Source of the DNA: Selaginella moellendorffii
Taxonomy: Eukaryota; Plantae; Lycopodiophyta
Direction of reading: 5' to 3'
Length of the DNA stretch: 64,000 bases
NCBI RefSeq assembly: GCF_000143415.4
Contig: NW_003314369.1
Span: forward strand, 502,006-566,005
This document shows, in pieces, positions 14,190 through 27,063 of the stretch. The notes under the pieces are model-generated. The model saw only the letters and a list, made by a program, of their open reading frames with translations. It searched no databases and was not told the origin of the DNA. Every line of letters begins with the position of its first letter. Position 1 is the stretch's first letter. The translations under genes and the position numbers were made by a program.

Positions 14190-14362
14190 CACGTGTCACG
14201 CTCGTGGCCGATCAAGCTGCTGACGTGACATGACCGCGGCGCCGCGCTTGACGTCCTACCAGCTGGCGGTGTGGGCCTTTCAAAGTCACGTGGCCCTACC
14301 ATAACCACAAAAAGCACATGGAATATGCTAATGAGATGCTTTCCCTGGATCAAAGCCACGTG
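14190..14362. promoter_or_regulatory. Cluster of G-box/ACGT elements upstream of the APRR2/GLK-like gene
   Basis: CACGTG at 14190, 14287 and 14357; TGACGT at 14221 and 14249. Confidence 0.45.
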
Positions 14363-15492
14363 AAGACTATATCCATTTGGCCGAAGCATAATCCAACATT
14401 CCCCTGGTTTGTTTTAGTCGGGACAAACACGATTTTGTCAACTCCTTAGCCCTAAAAAAGCTTTTGATTCGATGACGTTTTGCAAACCATGCAAGGGAAT
14501 CGAGCAAACGTTGTGGGCCATGGACATGAAATATAATCTCGATTTGGATTATTGCAAAGAAAGGGACATCCGCTTGTAATGTGTCGATCGCAATAGTCCC
14601 AATCACACCAATCAATCAAGACCCTTTTCTTTTCTCCTTTTTATCTACCCCACATAGTAAATTCTTGCCCTAATTTTGTCACACCGCGCCTAATTTCCCG
14701 TGACCCTCTTTCTTCTTTCAAGCAGGCAACCCACCACAACCGCTTACAATGCAATGTTTCAATGCACTCTGTAGATATACATAGCCAGGCATGTGAATGT
14801 GAACAGTAACAGATAAAAGAAAAAAGAAAGCAACCGAAGGTAAAAAGGCAACACGATTCGAACACGAGATTTCCGGGAGCTTTCATTTCAATCCGCAATG
14901 GAAGATTCGCACCTCACCGGCTACACCCGGTGCTCACAGTCCTTCAGTACTGGAAGAGCCGGTCACTTTCCTCTTTGTCTCTTTGTTCTAGCGAAGAGTG
15001 TGGCGAGAACAAGCCGCCATAGATAATAGATGGCGAGTTCTTCCCTCTTTCCTTCTCATTTCCTGGCAGCGATTTTCCAAGAGGAACTGCCGCAGAGAAT
15101 CCTCCGCGCCTGAAACGCGGCCCTGGATCGAGAAAGGGAGAAGTTCTCTTACAATTCGCTGGCTTTGAGCTCCAACCAAGTCTCCTGGCCGGGAATTCAT
15201 GGCAAATCCGCCAATGCGTGCTCCACTGGAATGCAGGTTGACACAGGAGGATCCAAACCACCGCCACCATTTTAGTCGTCGCGGCCTTATCCACACAGGG
15301 CCACAGCGGGGACTACTCATAGTAGCTCAAGAACAGCACTAGGAATCGCAAGCCGGTGGTGCCTGGGAAGAGAACCAAAGGAGTGGATTTGGTCAGTCCT
15401 TTCGAGGAATTTAATGCAGGTTTCAAGCTCGAGAGTGACAGAGGAATCAAAGAACTCACCGCAGAGGGGCTTTGGATCTCGCAGCAGCAGTC

Positions 15493-18179
15493 ATGCCGCA
15501 AGACAAACTCCACGGCTGGAAGGATTTCCCGAAGGGACTGCACGTACTCGTCGCGATTGCCGATGGTGACGACCGGGAGGAAATCAGTGGCATACTCCAA
15601 TCCTGCAGCTATCGAGGTAGAGCGACGGGAAAAGAAAAACTCATCACTCCCTTCTCCTCTTTCTTCCCTGGGATGCTCTGCTCTGCTGCCTCTGACTCGT
15701 CTCCTTGTTTCTATCGTTTCCTGTTCCAACGTTTTCCCGGTGTCTCGTTCTCGTAATGCTGTCCCGGATCTGCGGAGAAATCGTAGCAAGCTCCTCCACA
15801 CGGCGTCCCGCACTGCATACATTAACGTTGGCTTAAGTCTAAAAAATGATATGCCTGTGCAAAGAAAATCTCACGTACCTCTGGCCACGAAACCATCCTG
15901 TCTGTCTTGTGTGCATCGGGTAGCCAACTGAGTGAAAGAGGTCTTTGTCAGCTCTTTGTATGGTGGATTTACGGACAGCTTTTGTGCATGCGCAGTCACA
16001 GCCTTCACTAGCGAGGAGGATGCTCTCGCGGCGATTGAAAAGCCCAAGACCCCGTTCCATGCCGCAATGGTTGACGTAAGTTTGTGTTGCTTATGTCGAT
16101 CCACTCACAATCGTCTTTTGATGTTCCAGGCAACCAATCGGGATATCTTCGATGGCTTCAAGGTGCTCGAGGCTGCAAAGGAGTTGGCCGTCATAAGTAA
16201 GCTGACAGAACTAGCGGGTTTTACCTCACACTGTTTGTGGTTCCTGCGACAGTGATTTCCAGCACAGAGGATATTGAAACCATGATGCGAGCAATATCTG
16301 TAAGTAGAAAACACCAGCAATTGCGTCAGATTTTCAATACTTGTTGAAACCAGCTCGGTGCCGCGGATTTCCTCCAAAAGCCTTTCTCCGAGGAGAAGCT
16401 GAAGAATATCTGGCAGCATGTTGCTCGGAAGGTCAGGATACAATTTCTGCAGAACCACCTCGCTCACATTTATCACCTTTCAGGCTATGCTTTCAACAAA
16501 CAGCGAGCCAGCTTCCACAGTAGCCGACCACGAAGTTAAGCCCGAAACGCTTGACGATGGCGACCAAATCGAGAGCCAAATGCAATCGTTTGATGATCTG
16601 GGATGTATAATTGGGGAGTCATTTCACGAATGCGAAAAGTTCCCAGAAGTAGAGGAACCTGCAGCAACGGAAACCAAAGAAGGTTTTGACGTAAACGGTA
16701 AACTTTACGACTTAGAAAGAGAGTTCATGAGGTCGACGAACCTGGAGTTTTGCACAGCCGAAGGGACTTGTATAAAACTTGAGATTGACGACACGCTGGA
16801 CGACTTGAACCTCGGAGATGGCATCGTTCTAGACGGGGAAGGAGCCACGGAGTTCGAGCTCGACCCTTCATTATTCGTTGGCTTTCCAGATTCTGACTCT
16901 GACTCTGCGCTGGATATCAACTTCGAAATGCTTGATTCCGGAGACACGCACGAGTCAGAATTTGACGGAGAAGAAGCGATGATGTTGGCTCAAGTCCTCA
17001 AAACCGAGGACGAAGTTGTACGTAACGTTTCGGAATCTTCAGAGTCCATGAGCAGCTCCACAAAGGAAAAGGGTGAAGAGGAGACCAAGCCCGAGAGAGC
17101 AGCAAAAAGCTGCAAATCTGCACCAGGAAGGAAGAAGATGAAGGTGAATCTGCTTCATACGTTAAAAAAAAATACATGTACAAACTAACGTCATTTTTCA
17201 GGTGGACTGGACACCGGAGTTGCATCAAAAGTTTGTACAGGCCGTAGAACAACTTGGCGTCGACAAAGCCATACCGTCCCGTATTCTGGAACACATGGGA
17301 GTCAAGTGTCTAACGAGGCATAACATTGCGAGCCATTTACAGGTAACTCCTGCAACAACATCATCAAAGATCAGCAAACTAACAGAGAGTGCATAAAAAT
17401 CCCACCTTTTCAGAAGTACCGCTCGCACCGGAAACATCTTCTGCAACGAGAGGCCGAAGCAGCAGTAAACTGGAGCCATCGTCGACATTCCGATACCTGG
17501 TCTAAAAACCGGGCGCCAACCCAGTCACGTCAAACACCAATTTTGCCTGCACCACCACCCGGTGGAGTTCCATTGCTTGTGTGGGGGCATCCAACCATCG
17601 ATCACTCTTCGGCTCATATGTGGCAACAGCAGCAACCACCTGTGACTCCTCCGCCATGGCAAGCACCGGACGGAACCTTGTGGCAACACCCTGCTGTAAG
17701 TTCCTCGGTCTTCGAACTTGAATGATCCAACTTGTGTGGAAACAGGTTTGCTTTCCTCCTTGGGGTCACGCACCAGCACCAGGAACACCAGTTTATCCCA
17801 ACTGCATGGTCTGCTATAAACTTCGAGTTTTCCTTCTTAACCAGTACCTTGTTTCCTTTGTTTTCCGCAGAGAGTACCAGTCGCACCTGTGATTGCTGTG
17901 CCGCAACCCCCTGCACCTCCACTTCCAGGAGAAACTCTCAGCCCCCCGGCATGCCATCCGGTAATCTCTTCATTTTGCCCGGTAGCCTCTGCTGATAAAA
18001 GTTTCCACGTTGTTCTTTTCTTCCTGGTAAAGCCTCGGGAGGTCGTTGACGCTGTGATAAGTGAGGCCCTCACCAATCCCTGTACACTTCCGCTGGGACT
18101 AAAACCTCCTTCGATGGAAAGTGTGATGTCCGAGCTAGTGAAACAAGGAATCACCATAACACCTCCAACGCCTTCTTGA
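15493..18179 (+). CDS. Receiver-domain + GARP (Myb-like) + GCT-box transcription factor, APRR2/GOLDEN2-like
   Basis: Receiver: [59 protein letters not shown]: [64 protein letters not shown]. Also LLVWGHP and a GCT box ([36 protein letters not shown]). Splice sites are consistent. Confidence 0.9.
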
Positions 18180-19055
18180 CGAGCAAAACCTCTGAGGTTC
18201 AAAAAATCCGTCGACATATACTACTATCGTCGCTTTTTCCCTTCCCGTTTTCCCGTTTTTCGTTGAGGAGACCATGCTGTTCTGCAGAAACATCACTGAA
18301 AGCCTTGCAAAAGAGCTGAGGTTGTAAAAGTTCCAGTTTTGGCGTGGTGATGTACAGACCTGTACAAGAAATAAAAACACATTTGAGAGATTAAAAAAAA
18401 AAAACACACTTCGATTTCCTGCTAACTCAACTGGTTCCTTCATTCCAGCTTTCAGGTGGCGTCGATCTTTCTCTTTCTCTTCGCAGCACCAGGCCCTGCC
18501 AAACGCATTTATCAGAGTGACATACAAATCTGGAGAATTTCCGTCTCACCCGAGACTCCCTCCGTGTGTCCTTGGCAAAAGATTATTGAATTCGCTGCCA
18601 AGATCGTCCCTCTCACTGTTCCTGTCCACATCCAGACGAGGAAAAGCTTGCAAGAAAAAAGCAGTACAGAAAACATGAACTTACTTTAATCAGCCGCAGT
18701 AGCAAAGGTACTTTAAATCTCACGCCTCTTTGAGCCTGTCTTGGCTGCTACGCAAGAAAAGGTCCGCTCTGATCGCCAGCGAGAAAGTAATAAGCGAAAG
18801 CGAAAGCCTCGCGCAGGAATCGGGTCGCGTTCGTCTGAGCATGTTGATAAAGTTAAACAACTTTATTGACTTCCACTCCCTGCAAGCTATGTACAACTTT
18901 GGCCAAGGCTACGTTCCACCCATCCGTAATCCATCCATTCCCTGCTTTGATTTTGCTCTGCGAGGCGGATACTATCAGTACGTAACCTGTGTCGATTATT
19001 TCGATCCTCCTCCTGTCCCGTCCTGTGAGAAGCACTCCTACCCCCTACATTCTTC

Positions 19056-20412
19056 TCATGTCCCTTCACTGCTCTTGTTGGTATCAGACGCTGTCTTTGG
19101 GTGACCATCCAAATCATCCGGACCCGGCTTGGTCCCGCTGGTTTCCTGCTGAAAGGCCTTAAACATCCCCCCTGTGGAGATCGTGTCCACCTTGTTGGAG
19201 CCCGTCGCAATGTCGGCCAGAAACGAGCTGCCGCGGCTGGCATCCCCTTGAGCATCAATCCTCAAAGTTTTCGGGGCCCATAAAGACCCCTCTGGCCGCT
19301 TGGCCGGTCCCGCCCCTGCCACTGACTTCTCGTCCCTCATGTGCTTCCCCAGCGCCGTGTGAACATTCTGAGCGAGAACCTTTGCGGCTGCTGTTGCCGC
19401 GGTCGCGGCCATGCTCCCCCAAGGACTGTTGCTCCAGCCAGCCCAGCCGGGGAGATTCCATGGGCCCGTGCCATTGAAAAAGGCGTAGGGCCAAGCCGTC
19501 GTACCACCGCCACCCTCCCTGCACTCCTGGGCCGGGTTGGACACCGATGACCCGCAAGTCGAGTCGTCTCTGGAATCGTTGCTGCCTTCACTTGTGCTGC
19601 TCTGCTGCTGCTGAGACTGCCTTGAAGGATCCTCTTCAGTGCTGCGTGAAGTCGCGAACCCCCGGATGAAACCAAAACTTCCGCCTCTCCCGGCGTCGCT
19701 TGCTCGGCTAACCTTGCAGCTCGAATCCTGCTGCGGGAGCTTCGTCGCCAGCTTTCTCTCGGAGCTCTGCCCGGGATTCTGCTGAGGAGGAAGATCACTC
19801 CCGGCAGCGGCAGCAGCACCACCACCACCACCACCACCATTTTCCAATCGCCCGTTCTTGTTCTTCCGGCGCCCGGCACCCACTGGAACGTTTCTCAGAG
19901 TGCCCCCGGCTGTCCAGTACCTCTGGCAGTTCTTGCAAAAGTGTCGAGGCTGGTTGACGTTGTAGTTGTTGAAGTAGCAAAATTTGGTGTCGAGGCTATG
20001 GCAGCGGGGGCAGGACACGGGCTTCTCAGGTCTCTTGAGTGGCCTGCCGCTCCTTTTGTCCTCTTGCTCCTCCGGCCTCCTTGGCACCTCCGCTACACCG
20101 CCGCCGCGGCCACCGTGATCCTCCTCCTCCTCCTCCCTTTTCAAGGCTTTGTCATCGTCGCTGCCGCTGGTGCTGGCGGAGAAGCTCGCGATCTCTTCCG
20201 CGGTATTCGATATCACCTGTGATGTTTGTTTGCTCGCTAAAACTCGTAGATTTCCAAAAAGCACTTACCTCGGACTTCGCCAATTCAGCGGGCGACGCGG
20301 CTTGATCCTCGTCCGCCGGTGTCACGGACAGCGAAATCTTCATACCAAACAGCTTCACGGCGTGGGAGAGCTCCCGCTTGGCCGCGCTCTGCCCGCTTTC
20401 TTTCACCGCCAT
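19056..20412 (-). CDS. Dof zinc-finger transcription factor, CDF (cycling Dof) type; one intron at about 20220-20268
   Basis: N-terminal VKLFGMKI (IKLFG motif). Dof domain [56 protein letters not shown]-terminal blocks [14 protein letters not shown] and GGMFKAFQ. Confidence 0.93.
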
Positions 20413-20773
20413 GACAAGAAGAAATCCGCCAATGCCAGAACCGGTGCCTAGCTCAGCGTATCTCCAAGAAAGATCGCCGCCTTACTTCTGGCAAGAATGC
20501 AAGTGGCGCGGCGCTGGGGATGGCGATTATGACGCACAGATCAGAAAAGATTGGGGAATTTGGGAGCAAGCGCACCTGGATTGACGAGATTGGCATGGAT
20601 CGGAGCGAAATCGAAGCTGTGGGAGCGCACATTCCATCAAACCCTGACCAGAGGCCGCCGCGAGAGACGAGGCGAGAGCGAAGAAAGGAGATAAAAGAAA
20701 AACAGTGTTTTTAGGGTTTATAATAAGCTGTTTACTTCAAAATCGGCTTCTATGATTAGGACCATATCGCGAC

Positions 20774-21017
20774 TGACGTGGCGCGCCAGCATTGGGTGCA
20801 CAATAAAGTGACCACGAGGGCCTTTGCCTACGTGGCGGTAGCAAAATTTCGCCGGAAATCCTCTTCGTTGGTTTTCAAGGAGAAATCCACATCGTAGAAG
20901 ATGATCTTTTTGGTCCGCCACGTAGAAAGGCCGGCTGCCACGTGACGCGTCATGGTAGGCAGAAAAGATATGCAAGTAAAAGACTCTTTTTGGTACTGGA
21001 TAAGCACGGGCCACGTG
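20774..21017. promoter_or_regulatory. Five ACGTGGC (ABRE/G-box) elements upstream of the Dof gene
   Basis: TGACGTGGC at 20774, TACGTGGC at 20829, GCCACGTA at 20917, GCCACGTG at 20937 and 21010. Confidence 0.6.
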
Positions 21018-22928
21018 ATGAAAATTGATGGACGGCCGGGATGCTTGTAAAATCAAATCTGAGAAAGGTAAGTTTTATAACCTAATATTTTAATAGAAAG
21101 GTAGATAAAACTTTCACTATTTACCAATTCACGTATATTAAAAACCATTGCAGAATATTCTCATTCCAAAAATGCAAAAAAAATCCTATATAAATGAATA
21201 TTCTCAAATAAATGCACAAGAGTGAGATACTCTCTATATAAAGGGAACTTCTCTCCATTTATTTTGTATTTGGAAAATCTTGAAATGCATTCCAAGGATT
21301 TTCCAAGAATGCTTGAAAACTTGACAATCATTCTTTCATTGGTCCAAAAACAATTTGAAAACACTAGGGCTACATATAAATGGAACAACTTTCATCATGG
21401 TTTATTTATAGAGTACAAAGTGGATAATTTTAAAGTATATAACATTTGGCATACCATTACAAAATCCATAAGTGTCTCCCTTTAATGCTTCTTTACAACC
21501 TAAGAACTTTAACTACTTCCCATCTTTCCAAAAGGATATGAGATGCAGGTGTACAATTATATATTATTATTAGTATAGTGGAGATTTGGTAGTTGTTGGA
21601 TTGATTTCAATCTGAACCACTTGCATTATATATAATCTAGGGTTTTCTTGCTAATCCGATATACATATTTTATATTCCATACACTCTAAATTTTAGAAAT
21701 TTATGTATTTATATTAAAATTAACATTTTTAAGAATTTAAAGTTAAAACACTTTTTATACTTTTATTCTATCAAAATTTTTATATTCTTGATTTTTTAAT
21801 CCATATCCTATGGTCCAAAAAAACTAACTATGCAATCATTTATAGATTGTGGCTGTTATTATTGGTTAAATTGCTAAAGCTTGCCAAATGCTAAAGTACT
21901 AGTTGCATGTATCATCCTACATTTATATTTATGGATCAAGCATTCAGACATTTATTATTTTCATTAGTCAAGGATTATATAGACAAAACACCCCACCCTA
22001 AAGAAGTGTTCTATCCAAGAGATTTAGAAGTTTGAATGCTTGATCAATAGAGTTAATGAAAATGCATTGTGACTCAATGTGAGATTCTATTATTTTATAT
22101 ACCACAGCTACTATAGCATTTGACAAACTACAGTAATTTAAGTAACCACAATAGACTTTGTAAATGATAGGAGTGGGATGGCTAAAGCTACTGACCATTT
22201 CACAACAATGTTTTTGAGGATTTGAAACCTTTACTGATAATTGCCTCTAATAAAGTAGTCTTTTCTATTGAAAAATCTATGTGTTGACTAGTACACTATA
22301 AGGTTTATTGGAAGCTTGTCTTGAAACACCTTCATAAGCAAATAGTGTTCTTGAACACATATAAGTCTAAAAGTGTAGGGATGGTGGTTGGAATGCACTT
22401 AAGGAACAATTGCGAAGTCATAGCATCCAAACATGTATCCACTCGGATCATCATTTTCATCTCTATGTATGCAACAAGATTAGTTAGTGACTAATTATTA
22501 TTGACTAATCACAAGTTCCCACCTCTTTCTCGATGACTCATTTTTGAAAAGGGGTATGGTTGTGTAAACAATTTAATCTGCCAATTTATAATATGTCTAA
22601 ATCTTCCTGACGGGGTTGATTTCTTGCTCAAGGGAAGTTAGGCCTTTGGCCTTCTTCCTATATCCCTGCAGGCAGGGATGTATCATTCTTTTGTAAGCCG
22701 AGTGGTACTTAGAGTAGCAAGGGTGGCTAACTCTGTTAGTCATTTCCTTGTCAGCGACGGCTAAAGAGTGTCTGAGTCTTAATGTCTTTGAATATAGAGG
22801 AGAGGTTGTTCCATAACTCATTTCAGTCGGTGTGTTTCCCATATAGTGTGCTTTCCATTAACTTTTGAAGTTATTTCCTAAACGGTTTGCTACTTAAGCA
22901 TGCATCGACGAGGACGTCAATCTTCCCC

Positions 22929-23333
22929 AAGGGGAGGAGAGTGACACGAATGTGACTTCGGGTATCGAAAGATACTTGTCGGCTAGTCCTTAGGAACACT
23001 CTTTCCTTATTGCCATGACAGTAGGAGGTCGGTATAATTAGTTCCTTTTATCATTCCCACTTGAGCTAATTAAAAAACTGGTCAATGACCTTGCACTTAA
23101 ATTGGTAAACATAAGGTAAGAACTTTATGTGTTTCTTGCTGAGCATACTCGGCCTAGTTTAAGAAACTCGTGTCATTGGTTTGCACTTGCTAGTATCAAG
23201 AACCCCCTCAATATTAAGTCTAGTCTCTCAATATCATTATCATTTCGGTCCCAAGTGTTATTTATGGAAAGTGTCTAAATTCGCTTATTTGGCATATCTA
23301 CGGAATGTAGAGATCGGCCTGAACACAATGGTG
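22929..23333 (+). mobile_element. LTR retrotransposon 3' end relic: PPT plus the start of a truncated LTR
   Basis: The purine tract AAGGGGAGGAGAG is followed directly by TGACAC at 22942 and preceded by a gypsy-like GAGGACGTC. This segment is an inverted homolog of 28616-29064. Confidence 0.55.
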
Positions 23334-23545
23334 ATAAGGTTTAAGCCTGGTAGATTGGATACCTTGTTAATATATTATTTTATTTATATTAATAAAAATG
23401 ATAAAACTACATATTAATTTACAATACAAAATAAAAAATTTAATAAGTCAAATAAAATTCAGAATATCAGAATCTTAAAAGTATATTCTAGGTCTATTTA
23501 AGAACATACTACATATCCAATCTACCAAGCTTAAACCTTATCCCC
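23333..23545. mobile_element. Small AT-rich element with 29-bp inverted repeats (MITE/foldback-like)
   Basis: GATAAGGTTTAAGCCTGGTAGATTGGATA (23333-23361) pairs with TATCCAATCTACCAAGCTTAAACCTTATC (23514-23542), with 1 mismatch. The internal part recurs at about 33832-34010. Confidence 0.6.
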
Positions 23546-26500
23546 AAAGGTTTTTCAGGGCCTTTATTCACTAAAACAAAGCTAATAGAAAGCAAGAGTG
23601 AATCACCACCCAAAACTCTTTAACAACTAAGCTAACTAAAGTTGAAGATACTTTACTTAGTGTCCAAGACCAATCCTCCAACAATACTCAGTTACAAATA
23701 ACACATCATCAAGGAGTGATTCACCACATCCAAGATTTAATAAAATCCAACACCATAGACTAAATGTAACCAAATAATATCAACAGAGGTATAGCCAATA
23801 TACCAACATAGAAAAAACCATGCAAGTCTAACAACATGATCCTCTACAACACTAACTAGCAAAACAAGCCTATCACTGATAAATCTTCATCGAGTGAAAC
23901 AAGTGTTAACATTCCTTAACAAAGTCTACAAATAATCACTAGTCACAAAGCAACCACCAATTACTTTTCAACTTGCTTTCACAAGACCCAAACACTAAAC
24001 TTATATCATCAAATCATATATTTGTCCAACATGAACATAATATCCTAGATATGAGATAAAGGTTCATAAACAAGCATAAGCTAAATGACCACTCGAATCC
24101 AACTCAATAAGCTCAGTAATGGATTTAACCATTAGCTCTAAGCATGTCTTGAAGAGGCTAGTTATACATGACCAACACTTTGTTGAAACTAAAGTGAAGA
24201 TCATGAGATGGACTTATATCGGTACACAACCTCCTCATACACAAAGCTATAGTACGGGTACCAACATCTTAACCTCAAACAACTAAGTTGAACATTATCA
24301 TCTTCAACCAAGGCGCAAAGCTACCAAGACTAAGTCTGAATCAATGAGAGTTCACTACTCTCATAAAGTTTAACAAAATTCAAGATGCAACTTGCCACCA
24401 AGTAAAATGCTATAAAAGAAAGGCACAAAAGTCACCCTTCTTAGAAGAGTACAACGATGTAAACTCTAGTGTGCTTACAACAGCTACTTTCTTACACCAA
24501 CTCCAAACTCTATCCAATCAATTGCTTTAGCCTCAAAAGTCAACATCCCTTTTAGGTCATATCATATAAACTACTTACTAAAGTTTAAGCTAATTGAAGT
24601 CAACTCTAACCCTTTCACTAATTTGTAATGGTTTATGAAAACAAAATGGTTTTCAAGTAAAATGATAAATAGATTAGCCATTGGAAAAGTCTAGGAAAAT
24701 TTGTGGAAAAAAAATTTTCATCCTAGAAAAAGAATGACTCTTAGTCTAGGAATGCAAACTCTCTAGACTCAACTAACTTCCTTATACCTACAACTTCACA
24801 TAGGCTCACCTCAACACAAATTCTCATGACCCATAGTATGCTTAAGCACCTATATTTTTGATATCTAACACCGATATCCTCAAAATGCAAAATGAACATC
24901 CAAGGCTTGATCACGAAGACTATATCTTTGGACATCCATATTGCACTAACATTCTTTTTCAATCACCTACAAGATTCAATATGAAGCCAAAACATTAACA
25001 AAAAAAATGACATGGAAAATTAAGTTTTAAGGAAAATTTTTTCCATCTGACAATCTACTCCAAATACTAACAGATAAACCGATAAGCCATAGCAAATGAA
25101 TGTTATAACCTTTTTCCAACAGCTCAATAGGCAAACTCAAGGAATCTAGGTACTGACTTAAGCTTAACATAATGGATCATCATCGAGAATCAAGTTAAAG
25201 CTACTACAATATTATTATATGTAAATAGATTAACTTCTCTATTAACCACTTTGGGGTTGATCATCGTTTAACTAAACAACTTTGTAAATGCATTACTCAT
25301 TATCACATAGATATGATATAAAAAATCATAATGAATTGATCATCAATTGAGTAACACCACGAGTAGTGTTTATATCACTACTACAAAAGTCTATGTGAGT
25401 ATCAAATGCCAACTCTATTCAACAAAATGCAACATAAATACCCACTGATAGAGATTTACAATACTTAACACTTCTAACTTTTGTTCACAAACTCATACCA
25501 CTTTTTTTCTGACCAAATTCAAAACTAATCCAATACCAAACTACTCAAGGAGTAATAGCAAGGTTCTTCGAAAAAGAATTAAACATTGCAACCCAATTCT
25601 TCAATAGCAAATCTAGACAAAATGGTTTAACGCTCTACCACTATCCATCCCACAACTCACCATTTGTAAGACTATCATTTTCCACATGCATCAAGATAAG
25701 GACTCTTGATTGCATGATATGAACACAAGCAATGAGATCACACATCATTACAAATCATCTCTTCAAAAAGAGAAAATGATTTACATGTTTGATCCTTCAT
25801 CTCTGATAACTCACTTTTTTATCTCATTTTTTTACTAAACCTCAAGCTTGCTTTCACATTGCCTTTAGTCCAATCCAAGAAAAGTTTATGAGAGAGCACG
25901 GTAATGACTATATGAACCAATAGACTAATCCCTACAGTCTTGATTAATCCACTTATAATCATGCTTAGAAAAGATCCACTAGTGCCGTGCTAAATAGCTA
26001 CGGATTAGTTTATTTGCCACTCATAGAAAACCCAAGGAAGATTTACTTTTACCCACGGTACATGGAACAACTCATGGAACCACTAATATCCTAACATTAA
26101 TCCTACCAACTCAAAGTGTAACCTTGAGTTGCTAATGTGCCTCACTCACGAGCCCAAGCACGAACTCGTGCTAATGAAACATCTTACATCCATCTTATGA
26201 GCCTAAGCAAAAGCTCATACAATCTAGTATGAAAGGTAACTAAATTTCATACCCATGGAACAATTGCAAAGCCTTTACACTGAAATATATACCCACTCGG
26301 ATCACCGTTTTCATCTCTGCGTATGCAACAAGACTAGTTACCTAATCTCATTGGATAGTACTCACCGAGACTCATCCTTTGATACCAAATGTAACACACG
26401 TGGTTTTTACCCTTTATTTTATAGTGTTTTACTATAAAATAACCACAAAACGGAACCTAAACACTCCATATGCCACATGCTCAAAGGACAATGGTGTGGA

Positions 26501-27063
26501 ACCCGAGTTTCAAGGCCTTGGACCACTGAATGAAGGAATAGTGCCAAACTCCCAAGTATGGAGCCAAGGAGCAATGGTACTGGAATACAGAACAATTCCC
26601 AAGCATATAGCCCAAGGAGCAAAGGGACAGGAGCATGGAGCAACTTGGATCAGTTTTAGAGCAACTAACATTCTAATGCCAAGACCAACATGCAAAATAG
26701 AGTTAAATGGAGTTTAGTGCTATTTCAGTATACCAGTGGCCTAATGCAAGGATATGGGTACTCCACCAGCTAACATAGAATGGAACTTGGGCTTAGACCC
26801 AAGCCAAATGCAAAACAAGGACAGGCATGCAAGCGAAAGCTAAATTATACTATGAGACACAAAATCCCTAGGCCCCAAAATGGAGCCGAAAGGGTGCCAT
26901 GTGGTAATGGCTAAAGCGAAAGCCAAACAAATGTAACACATTTGGACTAAAAGCTCCGACTTGAAAGGTTGAGAGCGGGAGTGATACTCCCAACGAAGTG
27001 CTTGAGGAACAAGTGCAAAGCAAGCAATAAGTGAGTCTTTAGAAAAGGGACACAAGAGGAACT

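Noticed and set aside
15030-15345. Possible uORFs upstream of the GLK-like ATG
   Set aside because: The TSS is unknown and no conserved peptide is recognisable; cannot be supported.
15313-15931. 191-aa and 169-aa ORFs over GLK-like exon 1 and intron 1
   Set aside because: Out of frame with, or antisense to, the receiver exon; no domain signal.
18730-20451. Overlapping alternative-frame and antisense ORFs around the Dof gene
   Set aside because: GC-rich shadow ORFs with no recognisable motifs.
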